A DNA stretch of 64,000 nucleotides from a virus. The DNA is taken from IMG/VR virus record IMGVR_UViG_3300020202_000062, positions 64,001-128,000 of that record; one strand, written 5' to 3'. The notes under the pieces are model-generated. The model worked only from the letters and a program-made list of their open reading frames with translations, made no database searches and had not been told where the DNA came from. Both the position numbers and the translations under genes were made by a program. Every line of letters begins with the position of its first letter. Positions within the stretch are counted from its first letter, which is position 1. This document shows positions 9,247 to 19,168 of this stretch, piece by piece.

Positions 9247-10326
9247 TTAATCTCCCCAAGCAAAGGGAGTTTTAGGAACCCTACCCTCCATTACTTCTAC
9301 GAACACCCTCTTGTATACGGGGGCGAGTCTTTCCCATGAGATCGATTCTGCTATTTGATTAGACCATTCACTGAGTTCTTCTACTAGTTCTGGTCGCTTG
9401 TAAAGTTCATCTACCTTAGTAGCCATATCCAACTGATTGATTTCATAAACGTCAATCATACTCTTGGTCATTATCTGTTTGGAGTGTGTTGCGTCGACCA
9501 ATAATTCAGGTCTTAGGAACCCGCTCTGCGGAGATACGTTAGACATGACTGTCGGCATACCACAGGACAGAGCCTCGTTCAAGGGTAAACATAGGCCACC
9601 GAACTTCCGGGGCATGATGAAGACATCGCCCGATTCATACAGTTCTGCACTGTCTTGCGTAACCGCACTTACGATATTGATACGGCTATCCATATTACCC
9701 TTAAACCTGCTCTGCGTTCTGATTGTCAATTGAGCATCAGACTGAACGTGTCTCCACGCCTCCATTAAAGCAAGTGTACCATTCCTGTCTTCCCCCGTAG
9801 GGATACCTCCGATATGGAGGAAGTGGTTCGCTTCTGTTCTCTTTTTGAATGGAAACTGAGAACGATCTACAGGCACAGGGAGGAAGGTCTTGTTCGCAAA
9901 GGGAACATCATCAAAGCGCCATAGGCTGGGTGCCATAAACAGATCAGGCTGCGGCAAATTATGATCCCTGACGTGATCCAGGAACTCAAAGTTATATTGC
10001 AACACGGTCCTAATACCACGCTTACGTGCCTCTGTTATGAGGTAGTAGTCATACGGTGTCTCACAAGTAAATACTAGGTCTACACCGTCCAAGAACTCAT
10101 CAATGATTCGTTTAGACTCGGCACACTGGCCTCTGGTGGGTTCTGGGTACGGAGTGTACTTTAGAACCTGCGCCCCAGGGTATCTGTTCCAGTCGTTTTT
10201 CTGATTGTTAAGATGACTAAGATCTACCACCAGAGTCCTGAAAGGATTCATATGCCGGTAGAACGCATGAGTCTGCATCCCTAGCCCTGTGTAGTCCGCA
10301 CGGGCTATAAGTCCTACTCTAACCAT
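9247..10326 (-). CDS. glycosyltransferase, GT-B/GT4-like
   Basis: DVFIMP..GGLCLPLNEALSCGMP signature; start likely MVRVGLIA at 10326 (the ORF track extends to 10377). Confidence 0.9.
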   Translation of the reverse strand: MVRVGLIARADYTGLGMQTHAFYRHMNPFRTLVVDLSHLNNQKNDWNRYPGAQVLKYTPYPEPTRGQCAESKRIIDEFLDGVDLVFTCETPYDYYLITEARKRGIRTVLQYNFEFLDHVRDHNLPQPDLFMAPSLWRFDDVPFANKTFLPVPVDRSQFPFKKRTEANHFLHIGGIPTGEDRNGTLALMEAWRHVQSDAQLTIRTQSRFKGNMDSRINIVSAVTQDSAELYESGDVFIMPRKFGGLCLPLNEALSCGMPTVMSNVSPQSGFLRPELLVDATHSKQIMTKSMIDVYEINQLDMATKVDELYKRPELVEELSEWSNQIAESISWERLAPVYKRVFVEVMEGRVPKTPFAWGD

Positions 10327-12025
10327 TCTCCACCGGCCTAATATCCATATCGTACTTAGGGTCTTCACCGCGACCATCTAAGTGATAACTGCGCTTGATA
10401 TTTCCCTCCGGAGTATACATCCACAACCTATGGATATACCAGCCGTCTAAACCATTATCCTCACAAACACTATGAACCCTACCATGCATTACATCCTCAA
10501 TCATGGTCTTGCTCTCTGGATTGAAATAAGTCTTTAGCATGTGTTTGTAGTAGAAGGTGTTGGATAGGTGCGGCCTCTGACTCCATTGCATAGTGCGGCG
10601 CATAGGTACGTTATTTACGATCTGAGTCTCTTTGTCGAACATCATATGATCATGGTCCGGCAAGACTAATGCCTCGTGATGGAAACGAATAGTATACGCC
10701 TCACCCATTCTAATGGTTGTGATCATGTCGTCCCATGGTAGGGTGAAGTCTGGACACAATGGCGCATCGTGCTCTACGAAAAGAATCGTGTCTGTCTTGA
10801 CTAGATCCAAACACACACGAGTCATCTTAGCCTGGTGCATATGCTCTTCAAAGACAACAGGTAGCACGTTATGCCACTTATGATGCGCCATCCACAGAAC
10901 CCTGCGAACATACTCTTCGTAGTCTGCGACCCTGTTAGCCTGTTCTTCTCTAACTCCATCCAGCATGAGAATGATTTCACTCTCGGGTAGATGCAATCTG
11001 ATGTCTGCGATACATTTCTCTAACATCTCAGTGCTGGGGTGTGCAGGGATGACGCTGCTCGGCATCAGTACAGTTACGGTGCGGCGTTGATCCTTGCAAG
11101 GATCTAAGCCTCTAACGTCCCTGATATCATCGACCAGATCGTGCGCCATCTTACGCTTCATCTTCATCCACCACGCAAAGATTCGATTGGAAAGTTTCTT
11201 CCATTGATCTAACGCATCCATGGTGTACGGGATAAGATCAGAGTAGTTCCTGATGACAGGGAATGGAACTATCTCCCCGAAGAAGAACTGCCAGTAGTCA
11301 TCACCAAAGTCATCATTGTTCTTCGATGATTGAACTCGGGTGTCAGCCATCGGCACACACCCTGCTTCTAGTGCCTCAAATAGGCGAAAACTATCAGGAG
11401 TTTCAGGACCGGATGGAGCATAGGCTATCTTAGCCCTAGCCATTTCACGGTAGTAATCTACTGGATCTAGCCCCTGCGTGAAACCGGGCGTAGGTAAGTA
11501 GTATCCTTCTACCTCATCCTGCTCTAATAGTAACTCCAACTGCTGACCCAATTGCATACGTCGTTCGTGTGTAACTTGACCGGCGAAGTACCAGTCGTTG
11601 TCCCTCTCAGGCATGTCGATCTGTGTTAGGTACTCTCTAGCCTGTGGCGGATAGCCCGTCCCCAGAAAGCGCACGTTGTTGTATCTTTCCTGGCGACGTG
11701 GCGACATGACCCACAACTTCATGTTGGGATGGGACAGTTTCTCAAACGGAAACACTGCCTCTTCGTCTCCAGTCAGCATGAGGATGACCCAATTGAGAGG
11801 CTTGATCAGTTCGTTTAGTTGATCTATATAATGTACCTGTGCCCTAGCGGGGAAGACGATGATTGCACCGTCAGTGATTCCCTCTAGAGACTCAGTGTGT
11901 GTAAATTCTGGAAGATGAGGGGCGTCCCATAGTTCGTGACTGAACAGAGACTCTAACATTCCCTGATCCCAATACCCCCTTCCCGGAGTTGTTGGGTTCA
12001 AACTTAGCCACACAACTGGAATCAT
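10319..12025 (-). CDS. two-domain glycosyltransferase (exostosin/GT47-like + GT-A)
   Basis: APSG..SFRLFEALEAGCVP (exostosin-like) in the N-terminal half; LMLDG and LFVEHD (GT-A DxD-like) in the C-terminal half. Confidence 0.75.
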   Translation of the reverse strand: MIPVVWLSLNPTTPGRGYWDQGMLESLFSHELWDAPHLPEFTHTESLEGITDGAIIVFPARAQVHYIDQLNELIKPLNWVILMLTGDEEAVFPFEKLSHPNMKLWVMSPRRQERYNNVRFLGTGYPPQAREYLTQIDMPERDNDWYFAGQVTHERRMQLGQQLELLLEQDEVEGYYLPTPGFTQGLDPVDYYREMARAKIAYAPSGPETPDSFRLFEALEAGCVPMADTRVQSSKNNDDFGDDYWQFFFGEIVPFPVIRNYSDLIPYTMDALDQWKKLSNRIFAWWMKMKRKMAHDLVDDIRDVRGLDPCKDQRRTVTVLMPSSVIPAHPSTEMLEKCIADIRLHLPESEIILMLDGVREEQANRVADYEEYVRRVLWMAHHKWHNVLPVVFEEHMHQAKMTRVCLDLVKTDTILFVEHDAPLCPDFTLPWDDMITTIRMGEAYTIRFHHEALVLPDHDHMMFDKETQIVNNVPMRRTMQWSQRPHLSNTFYYKHMLKTYFNPESKTMIEDVMHGRVHSVCEDNGLDGWYIHRLWMYTPEGNIKRSYHLDGRGEDPKYDMDIRPVENG

Positions 12026-12711
12026 TATGTCCTCACAAAAAGTAGATTGAACTGCGGCTCTGAGAAGTCATTGTCCCACGGCCTCTTGTCGGCATCTGCA
12101 TAAAACGCCTCATAACCGCAACTAAGAATATAGTTTACCATATCTGGATAGGTGTCGTTGAAGCACGGTGAGATTTCTATCAGAGCATAGTTGATAGACT
12201 GAGTCTCAAACATGAAAGAGCATGTCTCTACGGCGAATCTGTCATTTCCTTCCAGATCGCACTTCATTAACTCAATGCCATGGGTGATAGAAAGGGTGCC
12301 GAGGGAGCCATCTATCCATTTGTGTTGGACAGAAACTAGATCCTCCACTCCGTTCATGCGTGCGTTATCTTCTAAGGTTAGAATATTCTCTTGGTCGCCC
12401 TCGTATCCCCACGCTACATGCCCATGTAGTGCGGCCAGTATACTGAACCACCCAATATGAGTGCCGAAGTCTAAAACAAGACTTTCTTCCCTTGCGTTCT
12501 GTAGAATCTCAAGCACACAACTGGTTTCGGCTGGCTCCCAAATACCATACAGAGACAACGTGTTACTTATGTCATCTTGTCCGGTGCAGTAACCCGCAAA
12601 TCCCTTGTACTTATCGTAGTCGTACACAGACATATCAAAGGATAGATCCCCCGCATGGCAGGGGACTATCTTTCTATCGTGTCTTTCGTGGCCTGCTTGA
12701 CAGGTGTTCAT
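12025..12711 (-). CDS. FkbM-family SAM methyltransferase
   Basis: GIWEP.ET, LDFGTHIGWFS, MKCDLEG motifs. Confidence 0.85.
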   Translation of the reverse strand: MNTCQAGHERHDRKIVPCHAGDLSFDMSVYDYDKYKGFAGYCTGQDDISNTLSLYGIWEPAETSCVLEILQNAREESLVLDFGTHIGWFSILAALHGHVAWGYEGDQENILTLEDNARMNGVEDLVSVQHKWIDGSLGTLSITHGIELMKCDLEGNDRFAVETCSFMFETQSINYALIEISPCFNDTYPDMVNYILSCGYEAFYADADKRPWDNDFSEPQFNLLFVRT

Positions 12712-12712
12712 C

Positions 12713-13450
12713 TTAGACCTCTGGCGTGTATAGAACGTGTAGTTCGTGCTGGTAGTCTAGGATTGTTTCCCTGTAACCGAAGTCCTTGATCCATCTACGG
12801 AACTCTGCTGCGTACTCACCGTACTGATGGAACATAAACTCAGGATGGACCGAGCCAATGATCAGTGGCTTATGCTCTCTGACCGTATTCTCTGCACCCC
12901 TCATAACCTGCCAGTCACTACCTTCGCAATCGAATGTAATGATGGTGGGGACAAGCCCAGTGCGCTTTACGTAATCATCGATCTTGATCTGAGGTACGGC
13001 GCTTGATTCTTGATATAGTTCCCTGAATCCATGATCGCCAATTACTGGACCATAGGCGCACACTGGCCAGCCGTCACGATCGCCAACTTCAAAGTCTAGG
13101 TTTGGTGGATCTTCTTCGGTGCTATTGGAAGCAAAACCTACAAAGTATCCAGCAGGTGGGATTAGGCCATTTGCGTCCCAGATAGCACGAATGTTAGGCC
13201 ATACCTTTGCATTAGGCTCAAAAAGAACAACGTCTGCTCCCCATAGGCTACAGAGTGCTGGCATCTCGCCTTCCTCTGCGCCGACATAGAAAACCATATG
13301 ATCGTCTCTCGCGCTGATGTACTCGTACATCGTGGCTAGTCTCTTCTTTTCCCAGCCTTCTGGAGTGTACCACTCAGGGCGCTGTGCCCTGTGCATGGGC
13401 AGGATGATATCAAACTGTCCATTAAGTGTTGCTAAAACCATCTCTGCCAT
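12713..13450 (-). CDS. FkbM-family SAM methyltransferase
   Basis: YVGAEEG, FEPN, IDD, DCEGSD..V.RG motifs. Confidence 0.8.
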   Translation of the reverse strand: MAEMVLATLNGQFDIILPMHRAQRPEWYTPEGWEKKRLATMYEYISARDDHMVFYVGAEEGEMPALCSLWGADVVLFEPNAKVWPNIRAIWDANGLIPPAGYFVGFASNSTEEDPPNLDFEVGDRDGWPVCAYGPVIGDHGFRELYQESSAVPQIKIDDYVKRTGLVPTIITFDCEGSDWQVMRGAENTVREHKPLIIGSVHPEFMFHQYGEYAAEFRRWIKDFGYRETILDYQHELHVLYTPEV

Positions 13451-14397
13451 TAAAATACTGTCTCCAAAATCTGCTGTGCTCTGTTTACGTAAGTGTGATG
13501 TTCTGCGGTTTTCTTGTGGCAGTAGTCGCGCACCGTCTCTCGTTTTGCGTCATCTTCCAAGAAGTACTTAATTAGGCTTTCGAGACCACCAAAATCACCC
13601 CATCTATACCATGGGATCATATCATCATACATTTCTCGTACTGCGTCAATTTGAGGCATGATGAGAAATCCACCTCTGCCGGTGGCTTCTGGTACCCTGT
13701 CCGACCAGTAATGGGACTTCTCCTTCGGTAAGCACAACGAGTCACCAACTGTGACTTTGGAACTCCGGTAGAAGTCGTTCATGTTGTGGTCGCGGTCGAT
13801 CTTCTCTTGGTCGCCACCGGGATTCTTGAAACTCCATCCATTGCGAGCGCACATGTCTCGTAGGAAGTTTACGAGTTCCTTCCGGTACATCCAAACATCC
13901 TCATGATAACCGACTCCATTAGATCCAACAAACGCCACATCGCACGCGTACTTCTCCTGGAAGGTACCCGGCGTGGTGGCATCGTGTCGTACCGCTGGAG
14001 GTAGCCATATGTGGTTCTTTCCGAATCGTTTCCACTCATCTTGATAATCTCCGTCTGCCGTGAAGATGTATGCGGTGTGGAACATAGGGTTCCTCCACCA
14101 TTGTCTGTTGCCTCTGCTTGTGCCCCAAAATGTATCTAGATGTAGAGTGGCAGTTGGCTTGTTATTCTTGGCGCACCATTGGAACACGTCCACCATGTCC
14201 ACCAGAGGTAGTGCCTCGTCCCACGTTGACGTAATCAACAGTAGATCAGCACTCTTCATAGTCCCCCAAATAGTTGCGGGATCTGTTACGTTCTCCTGTA
14301 GTTGAATGACCTCATGACCTAAGTGTTCAAAGGCTTTACGGACATCATTCTCTGTACTGTATGGAGGGCCGAAATTTCCGACGTATGCTACCCTCAC
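13450..14397 (-). CDS. glycosyltransferase (CgeB/Glyco_trans_1_2-like GT-B)
   Basis: DVAFVGS, YWSDRVPEATGRGGF, HTYVNRA motifs. Confidence 0.85.
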   Translation of the reverse strand: MRVAYVGNFGPPYSTENDVRKAFEHLGHEVIQLQENVTDPATIWGTMKSADLLLITSTWDEALPLVDMVDVFQWCAKNNKPTATLHLDTFWGTSRGNRQWWRNPMFHTAYIFTADGDYQDEWKRFGKNHIWLPPAVRHDATTPGTFQEKYACDVAFVGSNGVGYHEDVWMYRKELVNFLRDMCARNGWSFKNPGGDQEKIDRDHNMNDFYRSSKVTVGDSLCLPKEKSHYWSDRVPEATGRGGFLIMPQIDAVREMYDDMIPWYRWGDFGGLESLIKYFLEDDAKRETVRDYCHKKTAEHHTYVNRAQQILETVF

Positions 14398-14996
14398 ACT
14401 CTTCTCCTGTTTCTTGCGTCGTTCTTGATCTTATGGTACCAGTAATCTTGCTTGTTGAAGGTGCCAGTGTTGCGGCCTTCTTTACCGACCGAGATTCTAT
14501 ACACTGCTTCCGGACACTGTCCAATCGTAGCCCCGGCTTCTTCCATTCTCAGCCACAATGCCCAATCTTCAAACATGGCCTCGGGACCAAAGCCACCCAC
14601 TCGAAAGAAGATATCAGCCCTACACATAGCGCCGATGACAATATAGTTTCCTTCGACTAGTGGCTTAGATGGGATGAGCGCTGGTTCATCATCTTCTGTA
14701 CCATCAGGCCATACACCCAACGTAGAAGGCTGACGAATATCTCCTGTTCCCTCTAGCATCTTCTCGATATATCGAGGGTCAAGAGTATCATCGGCGTCCA
14801 GAAAGATGAACCAGTCCATTTCGCTCATCTGTATGGCTGCTGTATTACGAGCATTCTGAAGGTTGAGGCCGTGATGCCAAATCCAGTTGTCTGGCATTCT
14901 GGTCTGCGCTTCGATTGACGCCCATGCCGGTTCCTTCACCTTCTCCCAATGCTCCTTGTTGCCATAAGTAGCAATGATGACTCCGACCTTATCCAT
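14394..14996 (-). CDS. GT2-family glycosyltransferase
   Basis: VIIATY, ARN, FLDADD, EDWALWLR. Confidence 0.9.
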   Translation of the reverse strand: MDKVGVIIATYGNKEHWEKVKEPAWASIEAQTRMPDNWIWHHGLNLQNARNTAAIQMSEMDWFIFLDADDTLDPRYIEKMLEGTGDIRQPSTLGVWPDGTEDDEPALIPSKPLVEGNYIVIGAMCRADIFFRVGGFGPEAMFEDWALWLRMEEAGATIGQCPEAVYRISVGKEGRNTGTFNKQDYWYHKIKNDARNRRRV

Positions 14997-15685
14997 TACC
15001 AGTTACCCCACGGTTCTAGCACCGGGTCAGGATCTATGATCGACTGGATATGCTGAAGTGAGTGGAAATTACCCTGATCCAAGGTCATGTACCTCTCATA
15101 CTTTGCCTGCTTATCCTCATCCTTCATGTAACCTAAGTGTTGCATAACTAGCGGAGTATCTCGCATGAACTTACCGCGTCGAATCAGAGTCTCTACATAC
15201 ATAGGTTCCGAACCGCATGCCAACTTCTTGTCCTTGAACCTGCCGCCTAGGAAGTATCGGTACAGCCTGAAACTACCTGATGGCTTCCATGCCTTGTCAA
15301 CCCTATAGTGAGTATCGTTCCACATATGGAAGAATGTCACGTTGATTACGTCAAACATGGGCTGGCTCATTAACTTGTTGATGTTGAAGTTTGGTTGCGT
15401 ACACCACAACTTCTCGTCACAGTCAACAGACAGAATCCAATCACCTACGTCAGCGTGCTTCTGTAGGTTCTTCCATGCGGCAGTGCGGAGCAGCCCCTCA
15501 TCCTCAGTGAAGAGTGGGCGCTCGTTCTTGTAGACAGTAGCATACTTGGCGGCAATTTCTGCCGTGTTATCATCAGAAGCATCGTCGGTGAAGACGATGT
15601 GATCTACGATCGACCTCAAGTGATCTAATACTTCTTCTAAGTAACGGTCAGCCTCATTGCGACCAACCATTTGCGCCAGGAGCAT
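14996..15685 (-). CDS. GT2-like glycosyltransferase
   Basis: RNEA..L, DDASDD.T, WILSVDCDE, HLGY. Confidence 0.88.
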   Translation of the reverse strand: MLLAQMVGRNEADRYLEEVLDHLRSIVDHIVFTDDASDDNTAEIAAKYATVYKNERPLFTEDEGLLRTAAWKNLQKHADVGDWILSVDCDEKLWCTQPNFNINKLMSQPMFDVINVTFFHMWNDTHYRVDKAWKPSGSFRLYRYFLGGRFKDKKLACGSEPMYVETLIRRGKFMRDTPLVMQHLGYMKDEDKQAKYERYMTLDQGNFHSLQHIQSIIDPDPVLEPWGNW

Positions 15686-15903
15686 TACCTGTCCTCATTT
15701 TTATCTAGTTCTTGCTTAACCATAGAGTGGAGTCTCTTCGCTTCCTCAAGAGTTTCTTCTATCGTGGCGGCAGGATGTCTCCATTGTCCCTCGGGTACAA
15801 TGGTTTCGATTCGCTCTACCAGGTACGCCGTATAGGCTCGTAGGGCGGCCTCAATTGTCCGTAGTTCGTGCGCCCTAAAGCCATAGTTTGTTTCTACGTG
15901 CAT
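15685..15903 (-). CDS. hypothetical protein (72 aa)
   Basis: Coupled by TAATG overlaps on both sides. Confidence 0.7.
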   Translation of the reverse strand: MHVETNYGFRAHELRTIEAALRAYTAYLVERIETIVPEGQWRHPAATIEETLEEAKRLHSMVKQELDKNEDR

Positions 15904-16715
15904 TACAAATCCTCTTCTTTCAGAAGGTATCTATTCAATTCTAACCTTCTATTAGCAAAGTTGCAATAGGTTGGTACCTTTTCAAAACCAACGTACTGCC
16001 GCTCTGATTGCTTCGCTGCCCAAGCGACTTGTCCAGAACCCATGAATGGATCTAAGATCAAGTCCCCTTTCTCTGAAGAATAAGCTAAACATTTATCTAC
16101 TAATTCCAATGGTAATCTTGTGGGAGTCTTAATTGAATTGGGCCAGTACTCCCGGTTAATGACCCATACATCTTCCATGTCTTTGTATCTCTTCTTCGTC
16201 CCATCTTCATTCGTGTCACCTGCCGAAAAGCGTGCTTCGTTATCGAAGAACCTCTTAGCCTTTGGTTTGGCTACGTACAAGCAGTGATAGTGGGAGGATA
16301 CAAACTTGCGACTAGTGTATACACCAAACTGATATTTCCAGATGATATGGTTGATTGTCTCTAGTCCGCAGTCGTCAATGGCGCAGAGTATATCCTTGAG
16401 GTTATTCCACCCCGAAAAGATATACATTGCGCCATCGTCTTTTAGAACCCGAGTGCACTCCTTGAGCCACTTCATGGTCCATTCGTAATAGTCTTCCTCG
16501 GCCTCTTCGTAACCCTCTAAGACGTTCTCATCGTTGCGGTTATAATTAGCCTTCTTTGCTTCGAACTCGATACCAAACGGCGGATCAGTTACGACTAGAT
16601 CAACGGAGCCAGTCTGGAGTAATTTCAATCCAACATTGACTGAGTCCATGTTGTAGATTCTGTTGGTAGATAAGTTCATGTTGCTCATTCCAAAATGCAC
16701 AGTCTGGGTGACCAC
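15903..16715 (-). CDS. DNA amino-methyltransferase (N6-A/N4-C, beta class)
   Basis: VTDPPF catalytic motif precedes DPFMGSG SAM-binding motif; true start probably 16679 or 16688. Confidence 0.92.
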   Translation of the reverse strand: MVTQTVHFGMSNMNLSTNRIYNMDSVNVGLKLLQTGSVDLVVTDPPFGIEFEAKKANYNRNDENVLEGYEEAEEDYYEWTMKWLKECTRVLKDDGAMYIFSGWNNLKDILCAIDDCGLETINHIIWKYQFGVYTSRKFVSSHYHCLYVAKPKAKRFFDNEARFSAGDTNEDGTKKRYKDMEDVWVINREYWPNSIKTPTRLPLELVDKCLAYSSEKGDLILDPFMGSGQVAWAAKQSERQYVGFEKVPTYCNFANRRLELNRYLLKEEDL

Positions 16716-16756
16716 AATGCGATGGGCCGTAGTCTAGCATATGAATACAGTCAGGC

Positions 16757-17083
16757 CTAATCAAGGTAGCCAAGTCTATCAATGCACTCTATCATAGCCA
16801 CACAGCATGCTGCCACCTGGACTGCTTCGTATCTAAGGTTTTCGTCTTTGACCCCACCGAATCCATGACGATTAACTTCTGTAGCCAGTTCACCTAACTC
16901 TTCAGTGATGATACTTAGCCACTTAAAAACATCGTGATTTTGCTCACCCCACTGCTCGTCTTGTGCCTTGTTTTCTTCTAAGATTTCGCAAGTTATCTTG
17001 TGTCTACGAAGGTGCCTACCAATTTCGTATAACTTCTCTTTTATCTCAGTAAACTCTTCATATTTCTGCTCTAAGTTAGTCAT
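16757..17083 (-). CDS. MazG-like nucleotide pyrophosphohydrolase
   Basis: WGEQNH, EELGELA, EAVQVAA motifs. Confidence 0.8.
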   Translation of the reverse strand: MTNLEQKYEEFTEIKEKLYEIGRHLRRHKITCEILEENKAQDEQWGEQNHDVFKWLSIITEELGELATEVNRHGFGGVKDENLRYEAVQVAACCVAMIECIDRLGYLD

Positions 17084-17882
17084 GTTCGATGCCAAGGGTA
17101 TCACATGCCTCTCTAAATATCTTCTGGCTCTTTAAGAAGAGCGGTCTTAGTTTTGGGTCGGGGCCATTAGTTGAAGCCATCCACGTGTGACCTATTGAAA
17201 TGTTTCCGTCGTACCATACGTTATACCCAAGATGGCGGGCGAAGTATGAACACCACGTTTCCTCAAAGTAATGGGGAGTAGGAAGGAATGCACCCGTTGT
17301 ACCAGGGAACATATTCTGATACCTGGCGTTGTTGGTCATGGCATTCCACACGGAACGCTTGATGAAGTATGCAGATCCTGAGATGGTTACGCACTCAATA
17401 CGATCCTTGTATAGTTTATCTTCTGGATCGTGTTCATTCCATCCACGATGGCGTGGCTTTGTGTTCTCTCCGATTATCCCGGCGTGTCGGATGTAACCGT
17501 TCTCGTCACGTTGTTTGGGTCCTAGGATATGCTGGTTTGGGTATCTCTCGAATGATAGGAAAACCTCAATTAAATCCTGCTCTGTCAACCATACGTCAGC
17601 ATTAAGGAGTCCAATGATCCAACTCTTGCCTTTTGACGCCAACTGATTACATGCTGCCGAGTAGCCAATGTTCTCATTGAGATAAAGGTCTTCCTCATCT
17701 AAACACAAGTAAGTCCTTGTAGCCTCTTGTAGAAACTCTGCTGTTCCATCAGTAGATCCGTTGTCGGCAATACGCAACTTGTACGAGGGCATGCAGGCGG
17801 TGGTTGATTCTAGTGTGTCTAGAAATCTCTCAATTTCATTTCGATTGTTGTGAGAGACTACACACAGATCAATCGCTGTCAT
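17076..17882 (-). CDS. GT2-family glycosyltransferase (rhamnosyltransferase-like)
   Basis: DNGSTDGT, NIGYSAACN, LLNAD, SGSAY, YFEE. Confidence 0.9.
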   Translation of the reverse strand: MTAIDLCVVSHNNRNEIERFLDTLESTTACMPSYKLRIADNGSTDGTAEFLQEATRTYLCLDEEDLYLNENIGYSAACNQLASKGKSWIIGLLNADVWLTEQDLIEVFLSFERYPNQHILGPKQRDENGYIRHAGIIGENTKPRHRGWNEHDPEDKLYKDRIECVTISGSAYFIKRSVWNAMTNNARYQNMFPGTTGAFLPTPHYFEETWCSYFARHLGYNVWYDGNISIGHTWMASTNGPDPKLRPLFLKSQKIFREACDTLGIEHD

Positions 17883-18003
17883 ATTCTAGTTCTTCCTTGC
17901 TGTAGAACTCATTCCAGCCGCAACTCTCTTCGCAATAATATGCGTCGAAGCATACGGCGTACTGTAGCGCATTACTGCATCTTGGGCATAGGCGCTCTAT
18001 CAT
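17869..18003 (-). CDS. small zinc-ribbon protein (44 aa)
   Basis: Manual translation MIERLCPRC...YYCEESCGW; fills the gap, ATGA overlap with the upstream gene. Confidence 0.65.
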   Translation of the reverse strand: MIERLCPRCSNALQYAVCFDAYYCEESCGWNEFYSKEELEYDSD

Positions 18004-18233
18004 GAGTTCACCACCTGATGGAATGCTTTCTCTGGATCCATTCCGCCCAACACCAAAGCACTGAATCGCTTAGTTGCTTCGGCCACCTTATCTCCATCGA
18101 TGTACTCAATAAAACGGTTGTACCACTGCTGAATGGTAGGTTGTGGGGGCTGGGGCTGAACTGCCCACAGGAACCCCACAACTCCACTGAACACTAGTGT
18201 CCCGATAATCAATTTACCAATCATCGTCGTCAT
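18000..18233 (-). CDS. small membrane-anchored protein
   Basis: Hydrophobic LIIGTLVFSGVVGFLWAV; GAGG upstream of ATG at 18233 (the ORF track extends to 18311). Confidence 0.65.
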   Translation of the reverse strand: MTTMIGKLIIGTLVFSGVVGFLWAVQPQPPQPTIQQWYNRFIEYIDGDKVAEATKRFSALVLGGMDPEKAFHQVVNS

Positions 18234-18432
18234 AGACCTCTTCTTCGACAAGGTTCTCTTGTGCGCTTTCCCAGATATACGAAGACCACTGAGCCATAAA
18301 GCCCTCGCCACCTTCGTGCTCTAGGGATAGATCACCCAAGAGTCCCGCTAGCCATTCCCACTGATCTAATGACATGATTACAAAAGACTCGCCCGGCTCT
18401 AACCGGACCACAGCCTTAGTCTTCCTACTCAA
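18214..18432 (-). CDS. hypothetical protein (72 aa)
   Basis: ORF in coupled string with an acidic C-terminus. Confidence 0.7.
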   Translation of the reverse strand: MSRKTKAVVRLEPGESFVIMSLDQWEWLAGLLGDLSLEHEGGEGFMAQWSSYIWESAQENLVEEEVYDDDDW

Positions 18433-18676
18433 CGGACACTTCTTTCACTTTAGGTTCTTTGTATTTGATCTCTGCATTCAGGACTTCTTCTTGCGGCACT
18501 TGGTAGACAGACAGCACTTGGTTGTCTGGCTCAAACGCTAAGAAGAACACACGCTTGTCTTCTAGTTTAGATCCCTCGGGCGGCGGCGAATTGAGCGCCA
18601 CGTCCTTCTTCTGGGCAGCGTAGACCTGACTATCGTTCATATAGAGTACGATATAATTGGTCTTAGTTGCTGGCAT
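18425..18676 (-). CDS. hypothetical protein (83 aa)
   Basis: ORF in coupled string. Confidence 0.75.
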   Translation of the reverse strand: MPATKTNYIVLYMNDSQVYAAQKKDVALNSPPPEGSKLEDKRVFFLAFEPDNQVLSVYQVPQEEVLNAEIKYKEPKVKEVSVE

Positions 18677-19161
18677 TAGACGGTCACCACCTGCTCGTTA
18701 AAGCGTATATCAATGCCGAAGGTACCGGGAATCAAGCGGCGCTTGACACCTGCTTCATCTAGCATAGTGTAGGCGATTGCGATGGAATCTAACCAACTCT
18801 GTGACGCACCGTCGTGAAGTGTAGTCTCGTGTCCTACCACCTCAGTAATACCTGCCTGAATAATAGCACGGGCACAGTCTGTGCAAGCAAACCAAGGACA
18901 GTACATCGTAGCGCCAGCAGTCATTACTCCATTCCTTGCGGCGGCGAAGATAGAATTGCGCTCAGCGTGCTCCACATACGAATACTTCAATGGTCTTACC
19001 CAACGCTCAGATAGATTCTGAACGCCGTATGGGAAATGGTTAGCACCGCGAGCAACGATTAGTCCATTCTGCACCAGGATTGCACCGTTTTGTGTGCTGG
19101 GGTCTGTACTGAAATCGTGCGCTACTTCGTATGCTTCTCTTAAAAACTCTAGTTCACTCAT
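18676..19161 (-). CDS. dCMP deaminase
   Basis: STDPSTQNGA, HAERN, PWFACTDCARAIIQAGI. Confidence 0.93.
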   Translation of the reverse strand: MSELEFLREAYEVAHDFSTDPSTQNGAILVQNGLIVARGANHFPYGVQNLSERWVRPLKYSYVEHAERNSIFAAARNGVMTAGATMYCPWFACTDCARAIIQAGITEVVGHETTLHDGASQSWLDSIAIAYTMLDEAGVKRRLIPGTFGIDIRFNEQVVTV

Positions 19162-19168
19162 TACTTTC

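Noticed and set aside
16600-16782. Cys/His-containing 60-aa ORF between MazG and the MTase
   Set aside because: Overlaps the MTase by at least 80 nt with no clear RBS; may be a remnant but is unsupported.
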